Assembly (NCBI GenBank): GCA_963768655.1
Contig: CAVYIM010000003.1
Coordinates: 736,001 to 800,000, forward strand
Reading direction: 5' to 3'
Source: an uncultured Chloroflexia bacterium
GTDB taxonomy: Bacteria > Chloroflexota > Limnocylindria > Limnocylindrales > CSP1-4
Length of the DNA: 64,000 nt
Shown in pieces: positions 1 through 10,261 of this stretch. Position numbers and translations under genes: made by a program. The first letter of the stretch is position 1. Every line of letters begins with the position of its first letter. The notes beneath the pieces were generated by a model. It was not told the DNA's origin and made no database searches. It saw only the letters and a list, made by a program, of their open reading frames with translations.

Positions 1-1205
1 GGCTAGTCCGAGCCGCTCTACGTAGTAATCATAGACGGGGTACACATATTCGGGATTGAACACGACCATGTCGCCCGCCTGTGCCCTCGACGTCAACGCA
101 ACAGTGGCGTCGCGCCAGTCCCCATTCGGGAGCAGCGCATACGACGAGGCCCCGGTCGTTGCAGAGATTGCCACCAGCCAGACGGCGGCCAACACCGCTA
201 GCCTGCGAGGCTTCACCGAGAATGCCGTGATCACGCAGACGGCGGCGAGGCCCGGCACCGCAAACAACAAGTAGCGCTCTATGAGCATCGGGTGGAAGAG
301 TGAGACCGCGATCGTGGCGGCGATAGGCACGACCCCTATCAGGAGGGGCAAGGAGTAGTCACGCCGACCACTTGCAACGAGCCAGGCGACGAAGAGGAGG
401 GCCTCGCCGGCGACCACGAACAGTGGCCAGCTTGCGCCTGCCAGCGCGAACAACGTGGAGATGATCTGGCTTTGGCTGAGGGGGGGATCCAGGCAACCAG
501 CCCCGAATGAAGCGTTGCAAACACGGCTATCGGCGTTGACAGCGCAGCCACGACGATGCCGGCGGCGACGGCGCGGCGAAGATGGTCGCGCTCGTAGGTC
601 ACCAGCCATATCGCATGGGCCAACAGAACGAACGCCGTCCACAGGTGCGCGTAAATAGCCAGGACGGCCATCGCTGCGTAAAGCCACCACCAGCGCATCG
701 ATCGACGCTCCACCGCGATCTGCAGCGCCAGCGTTGCCGCGAGCACCAAGAACAGCGCCAAACTGTACATCCGCGCCTGCTGCGCATAGGTGATGAACAT
801 CTGCGACGTCGCGAACATCAGGCTGACGGCTATCGCCCCAACTGGATCCAGCCAGCGACGAGCGATCAGATACAGCAGCGGGACCGAGCCGGCGGCAAGG
901 ATGGCAGAGAAGGCGCGAACAGGGCCCTCATGTATCCCGACCAAGCCGACCCACCAATGCAGCAGAAAGTAGTAGAGCGCACCGTTGGCGTCGCGCGAGA
1001 CGTAATGGACGAGCCCAGGCAAGTCGGCCCGGGCGTACTGGATGCTCACGGCTTCATCGAACCAGACGCTCTTCGATCCGATCCGATACAGCCCGAGCGC
1101 AAGCGCTACGCCGAACAGCCCCGCCAAGAGCAGCCAACGCGAGAAGACGACTCCAGGGACACGGTTCTTGACGGAGACAACAACGGACAAGCCGGTTCCT
1201 TTCAT
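1..1205 (-). CDS. GT-C fold membrane glycosyltransferase (PMT/GT39-like); frameshifted at a G7 tract (480-486), runs off the window edge
   Basis: Motifs SVWFDE, LYYFLLHWW, YAQQARMYSL and many TM helices. Adding one base at 480-486 continues the frame (WIPPLSQSQII...ERYLLFAVPGL...DWRDAT...GDMVVF) open to position 1. Start codon uncertain. Confidence 0.8.
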
Positions 1206-1643
1206 TCCGTCTCTGACGGGTCGACCCACTCCCGCTGAGTGAGGCCTCCCGCGGTTCTGGCTCCTCGAGCAGTTCGACAACAGACTCAAACTGCTGAACG
1301 TCCTCCGCAATTCTCCAACAACTCCGCCCGCGGAAAGCGGCGCTTTCGCGGCCCCGACATCTTGACCCGATCAGCGGCGGCGTACCCGAGGTCGTGTAGG
1401 TCCCTGTTCGGCGAGAGTCGAATGAGGGCCTTCGTTTCCGCGCCTATTCCCAGCAACCCTGACGTCGAGAGACAGGGTCTTGGGCAAGCCCGATGAGTCG
1501 CCCAGATGGACGCTCCCGAACCGAGGGCCGCGTTACGCCCCTGACCCTGTAGGGCGAGTAGGAGGCGGCGTCGAGCCAGAAACGCGAGCGGGACGGCGCC
1601 GCGACCGCAACTGCCGCTGTCGTGCTCCTGTATCGTTGCGGCC

Positions 1644-2981
1644 ATGTCTGACACTTACCACCTCACTGTCGTCGGGGCCGGCTACGTCGGCCTGGCCACC
1701 GCAATCGGACTCGCCTCGCGCGGGCACACCGTGGACCTCGTGGAAACCCGCCGGGACCGCCTGGAAGCCCTGGTCGGGGGCGAACTTCCAATCCACGAGC
1801 CGGGCATGGACGCGGCCTTTGCGGATCCGGCCGTGCGAGGCCGCATCAGTTCGGTGGGGCGGATCCCCGAGGGGCCTTCCGACCTCGTCCTGATCTGCGT
1901 CGGGACGCCGCTTGACGAGAACGGGCGGAGCGATTTGCAGCAGCTCCGGAGCGCCCTGGAAGCGTCGCGTCAGCTGGTCCAATCCGGCGTGCCCCTCGTC
2001 ATCCGCAGCACTCTGCCGGTTGGTTCCAACGACCAGGTCATTCGCTGGGCTGGCGGCGACCGAACTCGGATCTTTACCAACCCCGAGTTCCTGGCCCAGG
2101 GCAGGGCCCTGGAGGATTTCCTCGCGCCGAGCCGGGTGGTGATCGGCAGGTTTCCCGACGCAGACCCCAAGGCCCTGGCCGTTGTCGAAGCCGTCCTCGG
2201 AGTCGAAACGTGCCCGGTCATGGTCGTGAGCGTGGCCGAAGCCGACCTCATCAAGAACGGGGCCAACGCGTTCCTGGCCCTGAAGCTCTCCTATGCCAAC
2301 GAGCTGGCGGTCTTGTGCGAGGAACTCGGCGCCGACGTCGTGACGGTTATCGACGGGATCGGGTTGGACCCACGCCTGGGCAAGAAGTACATGCAGCCCA
2401 GCTTCGGCTTCGGCGGCAGTTGTCTGCCCAAGGATCTCCGCTCGCTCACCAACGTGGGGCGCGACCTGGGGCTGGAGATGCACGTCACGTCGGCGGCTTC
2501 CGAAGCCAACGAGTCGCACCAGCGGCGGTTCGCCCGACGCATATTGGGGTCACTCGAGCCGGGCGCCAGACGGGTTGCCATGCTGGGCCTGGCCTTCAAG
2601 GCGGGCACGGACGACGTTCGGTCGTCGCCGGCGCTCCGTGTCGCGGAGTTGCTGATGGCGCGTGGCGTGGAAGTCGTGGGCTACGATCCTCACGCCGCTC
2701 TGAACGCGGCCGCGGTCCTGCCCGGTCTGCACCTGGCCGCCACGGCCGAAGAAGCGCTGGTGGGCGCCGGCGCCGCCGTGATCGGCACTGAGTGGCCGGA
2801 GTTCCGCGACCTCGACTGGCGCGCGATAGCGCCGACGATGGCCGCTCCGGTCGTGATCGACGGCAGACGCCTGCTGGATGGGCCGGCGTTGCGGGCCATG
2901 GGATTCCGCTACGAGGCCGTGGGTGCCCCGGCATCGACCCAGCCCCCTCGAGTGCGGGACAAGGCAAGAGCCGCCGGCTAG
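1644..2981 (+). CDS. ugd: UDP-glucose 6-dehydrogenase (UDP-glucose/GDP-mannose dehydrogenase family)
   Basis: GAGYVG Rossmann motif, NPEFL, catalytic FGGSCLPKD, GLAFKAGTDDVR. Confidence 0.93.
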   Translation: MSDTYHLTVVGAGYVGLATAIGLASRGHTVDLVETRRDRLEALVGGELPIHEPGMDAAFADPAVRGRISSVGRIPEGPSDLVLICVGTPLDENGRSDLQQLRSALEASRQLVQSGVPLVIRSTLPVGSNDQVIRWAGGDRTRIFTNPEFLAQGRALEDFLAPSRVVIGRFPDADPKALAVVEAVLGVETCPVMVVSVAEADLIKNGANAFLALKLSYANELAVLCEELGADVVTVIDGIGLDPRLGKKYMQPSFGFGGSCLPKDLRSLTNVGRDLGLEMHVTSAASEANESHQRRFARRILGSLEPGARRVAMLGLAFKAGTDDVRSSPALRVAELLMARGVEVVGYDPHAALNAAAVLPGLHLAATAEEALVGAGAAVIGTEWPEFRDLDWRAIAPTMAAPVVIDGRRLLDGPALRAMGFRYEAVGAPASTQPPRVRDKARAAG

Positions 2982-3054
2982 AAGGCCAAGTGCAGCCGGC
3001 CGGCGCCGAGCCTTGTCAGGCGCCCACTCCTGTGTCCCGGCCGACAGCGATCTA

Positions 3055-4464
3055 TCAGCGCCCCGTCAGCATCGCCGGCATGGTGCGGGCCATGATCTTG
3101 ACGTCCAGCCAGAGGGACCAGCTGTCGATGTACTCGAGGTCCTTCTCGACCCACTGATCGAACTCGGGGCATCGGCGAGCGTCTATCTGCCACAGGCCCG
3201 TCATGCCGGGCTTCATCGACAGCCGCCGGCGGTGCCAGACGTCGTACTGCGCGACCTCGCTCGCGAGCGGCGGACGAGGTCCGACCAGGCTCATCTCGCC
3301 TCGCAAGACATTCCACAGCTGGGGCAACTCGTCCAGCGATGTCCGACGCAGGAACTGGCCCATGCGCGTGACCCTGGGGTCGCGCTCCAGCTTGAAAGCA
3401 TGCCCCTGGATTTCGTTGCGGTCGCTCAACTCGGCGAGCCGTTGCTCGGCGTCGCTGCACATGCTGCGGAACTTGACCATTGTGAAGGTCCGGCCGTGGA
3501 GGCCGACTCGTTCCTGGCGGAACAGGACGGGTCCGCTGGAGTCGAGCTTGACCAGCACCGCAAGCAGTGCCATGACCGGCGACAGGACCACCATGAGGAC
3601 TACCGAAGCCACGATGTCCACGATGCGCTTGGCAACCAGTGCGAGGGCCCGGTCGGGACCGTTCGCAAGCGAGTAGACGCCCACTCCGTCGATGTTCTCC
3701 AGGCGACCGAGCGTCAACACCCGTTCTATTGGAGCCGCCGGCACCCGCACGACCTTGCCCTCCTGCTGGCACAGGTGGGCGGCCTGCTCGATGATGTCCT
3801 CCATGGCGAAGGGCAGGCAGATGGCCACCTCATCCACTATCCGACTGTGTAGCACTTTCTCGAGGTCTTCGACAGAACCGAGCAGCGGTCGACCCAGGTA
3901 GACGCCGTTGTCGGATGCTCCCGCCTTCAGGTGCCCGATGACCACCAAACCCAGCTCGGGATGGCCTTCGACCATGTTGGCGAACGCCTTTGCCCTCGCG
4001 TTGGCGCCCAGCACGAGCATGTGGCGGACGTTGCGGCCTTTATTGCGAAGATAGAAGAGCGCATACCGCATCCCCACTCGCAAGCCGAAGGCGGCCGCCA
4101 CCAGCGACGGAAAGACGACCAACAGGAGAAGGCGGCTCACATCCGGGAGCTTGAAGAGGAACAGGGCGCTCAGCGTTATGGCCACCAGGGCGATCGCTGC
4201 CCCCAGAACCTCGCTGAACTCACCCCGCAGCGTCCAGTGCCAGCGACTCTGGTAGAGGCCGCGCATCCACAGCAGCCCTATCCATGTGACGACGAACAGC
4301 CCCACAGCGAGTCTGGCGTCCGGGAGCGAGGCGTCGAGGGCCGTGTCCCACTCTGCAGCCGGCCCGAACCTGAGGCTGGCTGCGACGACGACGACCGCAA
4401 CGGCAACCAGCGCATCAGCCATCATCAGGATGAGCTGGAACACGGTGGCGTGGCGACGGATCAT
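3055..4464 (-). CDS. Priming polyprenyl-phosphate sugar transferase (WcaJ/WbaP-like)
   Basis: N-terminal TM helices; C-terminal KFRSM, DPRVT, SLDELPQLWNVLRGEMSLVGPRP, KPGMTGLWQ; SD GGAGG upstream. Confidence 0.95.
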   Translation of the reverse strand: MIRRHATVFQLILMMADALVAVAVVVVAASLRFGPAAEWDTALDASLPDARLAVGLFVVTWIGLLWMRGLYQSRWHWTLRGEFSEVLGAAIALVAITLSALFLFKLPDVSRLLLLVVFPSLVAAAFGLRVGMRYALFYLRNKGRNVRHMLVLGANARAKAFANMVEGHPELGLVVIGHLKAGASDNGVYLGRPLLGSVEDLEKVLHSRIVDEVAICLPFAMEDIIEQAAHLCQQEGKVVRVPAAPIERVLTLGRLENIDGVGVYSLANGPDRALALVAKRIVDIVASVVLMVVLSPVMALLAVLVKLDSSGPVLFRQERVGLHGRTFTMVKFRSMCSDAEQRLAELSDRNEIQGHAFKLERDPRVTRMGQFLRRTSLDELPQLWNVLRGEMSLVGPRPPLASEVAQYDVWHRRRLSMKPGMTGLWQIDARRCPEFDQWVEKDLEYIDSWSLWLDVKIMARTMPAMLTGR

Positions 4465-4774
4465 GTGCCGGTGCGCCTCCTACCCGCCCAGGTCGAAACT
4501 CGCCGACGCTGGGTGACGTTGCGCATTGTACCCGGTCACCCTTGGGCGCGATACCTGCCGGCAAGGGCAGCACCGGAGCGCCCATCGGACGAAGGCGGCG
4601 GGATCGGGCGTCCGGCCGTCCGCGCGGCCGGGCACCGCGGGCCGCAAACGGGACCCCGCCTGGTGTGGGATACTCGACCCAACTCCGCGAGTCACCGCGG
4701 ACTCCACGTCGCGGCCTTCCGCTCCGGCACACGGCCTGAGCGGCCCGCCCCGCCAGGACGGCTTGTCGAGAAAC

Positions 4775-6094
4775 ATGTTGGTGGACTCTAAGAGCGAGCG
4801 TAAGGCCGTGAGCCCCGCTCCTGCGAAGCGTGTCTGCGTGATCGGGCTTGGCTTCGCCGGGCTCCCCACGGCAACCGCAATCGCCGCCGCCGGGCACCGG
4901 ACCACCGGCCTGGACATCGATGCCGCGAAAGTCGCCAGCATCAACGGCGGCCATGCCACGAGCGGCATCCCTGCCGCGGCGATCGCCCCGCTCATCGAGG
5001 ATGGGTCTCTCACCGCCACGACCGACGCCGCCGCCATTGCGCGGGCCGAGGTCGTGCTCATCACCGTGCCGACGCCGATCGACAGCGAGGGTCGGCCGAA
5101 CGAGGTCCCCGTCGAGCGGGCCTGCGAAACGGTTCTCGAACATGTCTCGGACGGGGCGCTGATCGTGATGCAGTGCACGGTCATCCCCGGGACCACCCGG
5201 CGCCTGCTGGTCGACCCGCTCAACGCCGCGGGCCGCAAGGTCGGAGAGGACATCTTCGTCGCCTTCAGCCCCGAGCGGATCAACCCGGGCGACCCGGTCT
5301 TCAACGTCAGCAACACCACCAAGCTCGTGGCCGGGGCCACGGATGCCTGCCTCGAGCGCGGACGCGAGTTCGTCGCCTCGTTCGTGTCCTCCGCGATGCC
5401 GGTGGCTTCACTCGAGACGGCGGAGCTGGCCAAGCTCGTCGAGAATACGTTCCGCTTCATCAACATCAGCTTCGTCAACGAGCTGGCCGTTCTGTGCGAC
5501 CGTTTCGGGGTCAACGCCTGGGACGTGATCGCGGCCGCGGCCACGAAGCCGTTCGCGTTCATGGCTCATTTCCCCGGGCCCGGCATCGGCGGCGATTGCA
5601 TCCCCGTCTCGCCGCGATACCTTCAGGCCGCGGCTGAGCGCAAAGGGCTCGTCTCCGACGTGATCGCGGCCTCGTTCCGCGCCACCGGCCGCATGCCCGG
5701 GCACGTCGCCGATCGCCTGGCGGCTCTCCTTGCCGAGCGCGGTCGGGTCATGACCGGCGCGCGGGTGATCGTCGTGGGGCTGGCGTACAAGCCGGATATC
5801 GCCGACGCCCGCCACTCCCCGGCAGTTGGCGTGATCCGCGAGCTCGAGTCTCGGGGGGCTGAGGTTCTGGTCCACGATCCGCTGGCTACCGGGATCATCG
5901 TCGACGGCGTGCTGCGACCTTCCGTCCCGCTCGATCGGGTCTGGCCGGCGGGTGCCGTCGGTGCCGACGCAGCTGTCGTGGTCACGCCCCATTCGAGCAT
6001 CGACTATGCGGCTCTGGCCGGCCGGGTCGGAGTCGTTCTCGACACCCGCAATGCGCTCGGACGGGTCGGCTCCGAGCGGATAGTCTCTCTCTGA
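4775..6094 (+). CDS. UDP-N-acetylhexosamine dehydrogenase (WecC/WbpA-like)
   Basis: GLGFAGLP, FSPERINPG, KLVENTFR, GPGIGGDCIP (usual form GGHC), GLAYKPDIAD; start uncertain (4775 or 4808). Confidence 0.88.
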   Translation: MLVDSKSERKAVSPAPAKRVCVIGLGFAGLPTATAIAAAGHRTTGLDIDAAKVASINGGHATSGIPAAAIAPLIEDGSLTATTDAAAIARAEVVLITVPTPIDSEGRPNEVPVERACETVLEHVSDGALIVMQCTVIPGTTRRLLVDPLNAAGRKVGEDIFVAFSPERINPGDPVFNVSNTTKLVAGATDACLERGREFVASFVSSAMPVASLETAELAKLVENTFRFINISFVNELAVLCDRFGVNAWDVIAAAATKPFAFMAHFPGPGIGGDCIPVSPRYLQAAAERKGLVSDVIAASFRATGRMPGHVADRLAALLAERGRVMTGARVIVVGLAYKPDIADARHSPAVGVIRELESRGAEVLVHDPLATGIIVDGVLRPSVPLDRVWPAGAVGADAAVVVTPHSSIDYAALAGRVGVVLDTRNALGRVGSERIVSL

Positions 6095-6308
6095 GCCCGA
6101 TCGGTCCCGGACAGGTCCCGCGAAGGCCGCCCCGGCGGCCGCCAATCAGCTGAACTCTAGAACCACACCCGGCCTCAACCCGCACGGACGCGCGGCGGGG
6201 GCCGCCCCGGCGGGCGGACCGCGCAGCCGGCCGGCCGCGTCAGAGCGGATGGCGGACGACCTCGATAGCCTGGTATCGTCACCTGCTAGCAGAACGAGGT
6301 GAGAAGTT

Positions 6309-7406
6309 GTGATCTTCGGTCCGCTGGCTGTTGGCGCGGCCGCCTTCGTGGTCGCGGTCCTGATGGTTCCGCTGACGAACAGGCTGGCCTTCCGCTTTGG
6401 AGCAGTCGTTCATCCCAGGGAGGATCGCTGGTCCCGTCAGGTCGTGCCGATCCTCGGCGGTCTGGCGGTGGCGATTGCCGTCGCGGCCGTGGCGTGGATG
6501 GCGGTCGACGAAGGAACGACGTTCTTCGCCTGGCTGGCGGGCCTGATCGGCCTGACCGTGCTTGGCCTGATGGACGACCTCTGGGACGTTCATCCACGCT
6601 ACCGCCTAATCGCCGAGGCGCTGCTCGGCGCCGGCTTCCTGGTGGTCGTGTTCGACGATCTCGACACTCTGCCGCGGCTGGCGGTCGGCCTAGCCGGTGC
6701 GATCGCGATACCGATGATGACCAACGCCACGAACCTGGTCGATAACTCGGATGGGCTGGCGAGCTCTCTTTCTGCCGAGACGGCGCTGACAATTGCCCTG
6801 ACCGCGATCGTGGCCGGGATGAAGGGCAACGAGGTGGGCCTCGGTCTCGTAGTCACGGGCGCGTGCCTGGGCTTCCTGGTCCACAACCGCCCGCCGGCGC
6901 GGGTCTTCATGGGCGACGCGGGCAGCCTTGGCCTCGGCTTCGCGCTTGCCGGCGCCGGCGTGCTGCTGATCCACGATGCTGAGATACACCCCAGTGCCCA
7001 GGCGACGGCGGCAGCCCTGGCCATTCCGCTGGCGGCCTTCGTCCAGTTCGGGGACGTGGCGATGGTCTCGGTGACCCGCATCCGGCGCGGCGTGTCGCCG
7101 TTCAAAGGCGGCACGGATCACACTTCTCACCGGCTTGTTCGGGCCGGGCTTCGCCCGTGGGAGATGCTGGGCGTCGTGGGGCTGGCCAGCGGCGTGTGCG
7201 GCGGCCTGGCGATGCTCCTGGCCTGGCTCGCCCCCGCCCCTCTCTTCGAAATCGTCGTGGTGGTGGTGGCCGGCATCCTGGTGCTCGGTTTCGAGACCGT
7301 CGTTGCCCTGCAGGTTCCATTCGAATCCCCGGTGCCGACCGCGGGCTCGGCCGCGCCGGTGGCGGGCGTGGTGGCTGCCCCGAAGACGGCGGGCGGATCC
7401 CGGTGA
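6309..7406 (+). CDS. WecA/MraY-family polyprenyl-phosphate HexNAc-1-P transferase
   Basis: GLMDD, NATNLVDNSDGL, HNRPPARVFMGDAGS, DHTSHRL; multi-TM; SD GAGGTGA. Confidence 0.92.
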   Translation: MIFGPLAVGAAAFVVAVLMVPLTNRLAFRFGAVVHPREDRWSRQVVPILGGLAVAIAVAAVAWMAVDEGTTFFAWLAGLIGLTVLGLMDDLWDVHPRYRLIAEALLGAGFLVVVFDDLDTLPRLAVGLAGAIAIPMMTNATNLVDNSDGLASSLSAETALTIALTAIVAGMKGNEVGLGLVVTGACLGFLVHNRPPARVFMGDAGSLGLGFALAGAGVLLIHDAEIHPSAQATAAALAIPLAAFVQFGDVAMVSVTRIRRGVSPFKGGTDHTSHRLVRAGLRPWEMLGVVGLASGVCGGLAMLLAWLAPAPLFEIVVVVVAGILVLGFETVVALQVPFESPVPTAGSAAPVAGVVAAPKTAGGSR

Positions 7407-8368
7407 GGGTCCTGGTCACCGGCGGGGCCGGCTTCGTCGGCTCTCATCTGGTCGACGCGCACGTGGCCAGCGGCGATGACGTCGTCGTCGTGGACGATCT
7501 CTCGACCGGCCGCCGCGAGAACGTCGCGGCCCACGTCGCCGCGGGCCGGGTCCGCTTCCTGGAGGGCAAGGCGGAGGATTCGGCCATCATCGAGCCCGCC
7601 TTCGACGGCGTCGAGCTGGTCTACCACCTGGCCGCCGCGGTAGGCGTGTTCCAGATCCTGGCCCACCCCCTGGCGTCGATCCGGACGAACCTGGAGGCCT
7701 CTGCTGCCGTATTCGAGCGGGCTGCGGCTCGAGGAGTCCGGACGATCTTCACCTCGACCAGCGAGGTCTACGGCAAGAACGTTTCGCACGCCCTGAACGA
7801 GGACGACGACACGATCTACGGCGCCACCAAGGTCCACCGCTGGCTGTACGCGGTGTCGAAGGCCACCGACGAGTTCCTGGCCCTCGCTTACCAGCAGGAG
7901 CGCGGGCTGCCAGTCACGGTCGTGCGCCTCTTCAACACGACCGGTCCGCGCCAGACCGGCGCCTACGGAATGGTCGTGCCGCGTTTCGTCCGCCAGGCGA
8001 TCGAAGGCCAGCCGCTGACCGTCTACGGCGACGGCAGCCAGCTGCGCTGCTTCACCAACGTCCACGACGTGGTGGCGGCGCTGATGACCCTGGCCGCGAC
8101 GCCGGCCGCGATCGGCGAGGTGGTCAACGTCGGCAACCCGCGCGAGATCTCGATCCGCGACCTTGCCGCTCTCGTGTGCGAGATCGTCGGTTCGAGCTCG
8201 CCCGTCGAGCTGGTCGACTACGAGTCGGCGTACGGCCGGGGATTCGAGGACATGCGCCGCCGCGTCCCGGACGTGAGCCGGCTGCGGGGCCTGATCGGCT
8301 TCGTGCCCACGACCCCGCTCGAAGAGACGATCAGGGAAATCGCCCGCGACCTGGCTCCCGACCGATAA
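7403..8368 (+). CDS. NAD-dependent nucleotide-sugar epimerase/dehydratase
   Basis: TGGAGFVG, STSEVYG, YAVSK (YxxxK); GTGA overlap with upstream stop. Confidence 0.93.
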   Translation: MRVLVTGGAGFVGSHLVDAHVASGDDVVVVDDLSTGRRENVAAHVAAGRVRFLEGKAEDSAIIEPAFDGVELVYHLAAAVGVFQILAHPLASIRTNLEASAAVFERAAARGVRTIFTSTSEVYGKNVSHALNEDDDTIYGATKVHRWLYAVSKATDEFLALAYQQERGLPVTVVRLFNTTGPRQTGAYGMVVPRFVRQAIEGQPLTVYGDGSQLRCFTNVHDVVAALMTLAATPAAIGEVVNVGNPREISIRDLAALVCEIVGSSSPVELVDYESAYGRGFEDMRRRVPDVSRLRGLIGFVPTTPLEETIREIARDLAPDR

Positions 8369-8495
8369 GCCGCCCGCTCGGGATCCGGCGCCCGTCGCCC
8401 AACCCCCGGCGCACGTCGCCCGACCGCCGGCGGCCGCCGGGTATGATCGCGGCTGCGCAACCGTGGGTCTGCGCCGAGCTGGCAGGAGGAGCGGT

Positions 8496-10169
8496 GTGAG
8501 CGAACGCGCCGGGGTTCCGACGGTCGATTCGGTCGGGGCGGGGGGACGCGGAACCTTCCGGCGGGCGGCAGGGTTCGTGCAGGATCCGGCGGGTCTGTCG
8601 GCGCTCGCCGCGGTGATCGCCGCGGTCGTCCTCTGGCTGGTGGTCCAACCGCTCACTCGCGCCACCGCCGACACTGATGCCGCTGCCTCGGTTATGTACT
8701 TCGAACGGATCGTCCAGGGCCACCGCCTCGAGGCCTTCTTTCCGACCACCCCCAAGCCTCTGCTGACGCTCGTCTACGGCGTGGCCTGGTCCCTGACACA
8801 CGACTGGCACTCCCTCGCGGTCATGACTCTCCTCGTGGCCGCGCTGGCAGTGGGCATGGCGACGCGGCTGGCGGCCCGGCTGGGCGGCATCCCGGCCGCC
8901 GCATTCGTGGCCATCGCGCTGATCGTCTGGCCCAGCTTCTGGCTCGAGGTGGCCGATGCCAATTCGTTCGTGTGGGGCCTGGCCCTGTGGCTGCTGGCGG
9001 CACTGCTCATCACCGCGGATCGCCCGAGGCCCTGGCTGGCCGGTTTCGTGCTGGTGCTGGCCGGTCTTGCCCGAACCGAGACGATCTGGTTGGTCGTTAC
9101 GGCCGCCGGCTGCGCCGCGGTCGTTCTGATTCGAGCCAGGCGAACCGGCGATCGAAGCCAGCTGCGCCTGGCGCTGCCGCCGATTCTGGGTGCCCTGGCC
9201 GTGCCTCTGGCCTGTCTCCACGACTTCCTGCTGACTGGGAGGCCCTTCTACTGGCTGAACGTGCCCGCCGGCTATACGGCCCTGGCCTACCCGGGCCTGG
9301 CCCCGGCTTCGCCGCTGGCTACGCTCCACCGGGAGATGTATCACTACGTTCCGCTGGGGGCGCTGGCATTCCTCGCCGTGGTCGGCGTCGCCTGGCTGGC
9401 TCTGACCCGATGGCGGGCCGTTGCCTTCGCCCTGGTGGTGCTCGCCGGTGGCGTCCTGGGGACGCTCATCGTCCTGGCGTGGCGGGCCGTCTTCATCTCG
9501 GACCGCTACTACGAAGAGGCCGACGCGGCGATCCTGCTGGCCGCGGCCGTCGGTGGTGGCCTCCTCGTGGACAGGGCCGCGGCCTGGCTGGGCAAGCGAC
9601 GTGCCGGCCGCGGCGCGCCGGGCACGGCGACCGCGCGCCCCTGGCCGCGCCAGGCCGCCCTCGGCGGAGTTGCCGCCCTGCTGGCCCTGGGCCTGGCCTG
9701 GGTGTCTTTCCCGCAGGGAGGCGTCCAGCCCGAGATTGCGCGGGCGGACCAGGAGGCCGCCGAGATCAAGGAGGCCGAGCCGCAACTTGCCGCGATCGTC
9801 GCCGGCGCGAACGGCGCCACGATGACCGTGAGCGGCGTCGCCTACCCGGTGGCCGATCCCAAGGGCTGTCGCGTATTCGTGCCACGCTGGGGGCTGCCGC
9901 TCATCTCCGTGGACACCGGCATTCCTATCACGGTGCTCGGCGATTCGTGGCTCGCCTTCCGGAACGGGGACTACTCGGTGCTCAGCCCCGGCCAGTGGAT
10001 CCTGCACGTCGCCGCGGACGACGACGGATCCGGCGGCGTCTACGCTCCCTTCGAGCACTCGGTGCCGACGACCCTGACCCTGAAGAGCGGCGTGGCGCTG
10101 ACGATCGTCCCGGTCTTCATCGACGAGCAGGCCGGGGTCTGGCTGCTTCGAGTCGACGCGGCGGGCTGA
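8496..10169 (+). CDS. Polytopic membrane protein, probable GT-C glycosyltransferase or polymerase
   Basis: About 10-12 hydrophobic segments, DTD and TPKPL loop motifs, LARTE, SDRYY; SD GGAGGGAG; lies in the glycan cluster. Confidence 0.65.
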   Translation: MSERAGVPTVDSVGAGGRGTFRRAAGFVQDPAGLSALAAVIAAVVLWLVVQPLTRATADTDAAASVMYFERIVQGHRLEAFFPTTPKPLLTLVYGVAWSLTHDWHSLAVMTLLVAALAVGMATRLAARLGGIPAAAFVAIALIVWPSFWLEVADANSFVWGLALWLLAALLITADRPRPWLAGFVLVLAGLARTETIWLVVTAAGCAAVVLIRARRTGDRSQLRLALPPILGALAVPLACLHDFLLTGRPFYWLNVPAGYTALAYPGLAPASPLATLHREMYHYVPLGALAFLAVVGVAWLALTRWRAVAFALVVLAGGVLGTLIVLAWRAVFISDRYYEEADAAILLAAAVGGGLLVDRAAAWLGKRRAGRGAPGTATARPWPRQAALGGVAALLALGLAWVSFPQGGVQPEIARADQEAAEIKEAEPQLAAIVAGANGATMTVSGVAYPVADPKGCRVFVPRWGLPLISVDTGIPITVLGDSWLAFRNGDYSVLSPGQWILHVAADDDGSGGVYAPFEHSVPTTLTLKSGVALTIVPVFIDEQAGVWLLRVDAAG

Positions 10170-10261
10170 CCGTCCTGTCGGCCAGCGCCGCCGATGCGCG
10201 ACGCGGCGGCCCACTCCGCCGCGGCCGGGCCGCGCATCGCTTCCACTACAATCGCCGGGCC

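Noticed and set aside
1456-1478. ACGTCGAGAGAC hairpin resembling part of the M-box riboswitch
   Set aside because: Only one GNRA-capped stem; the flanking M-box consensus is absent and no Mg gene is adjacent
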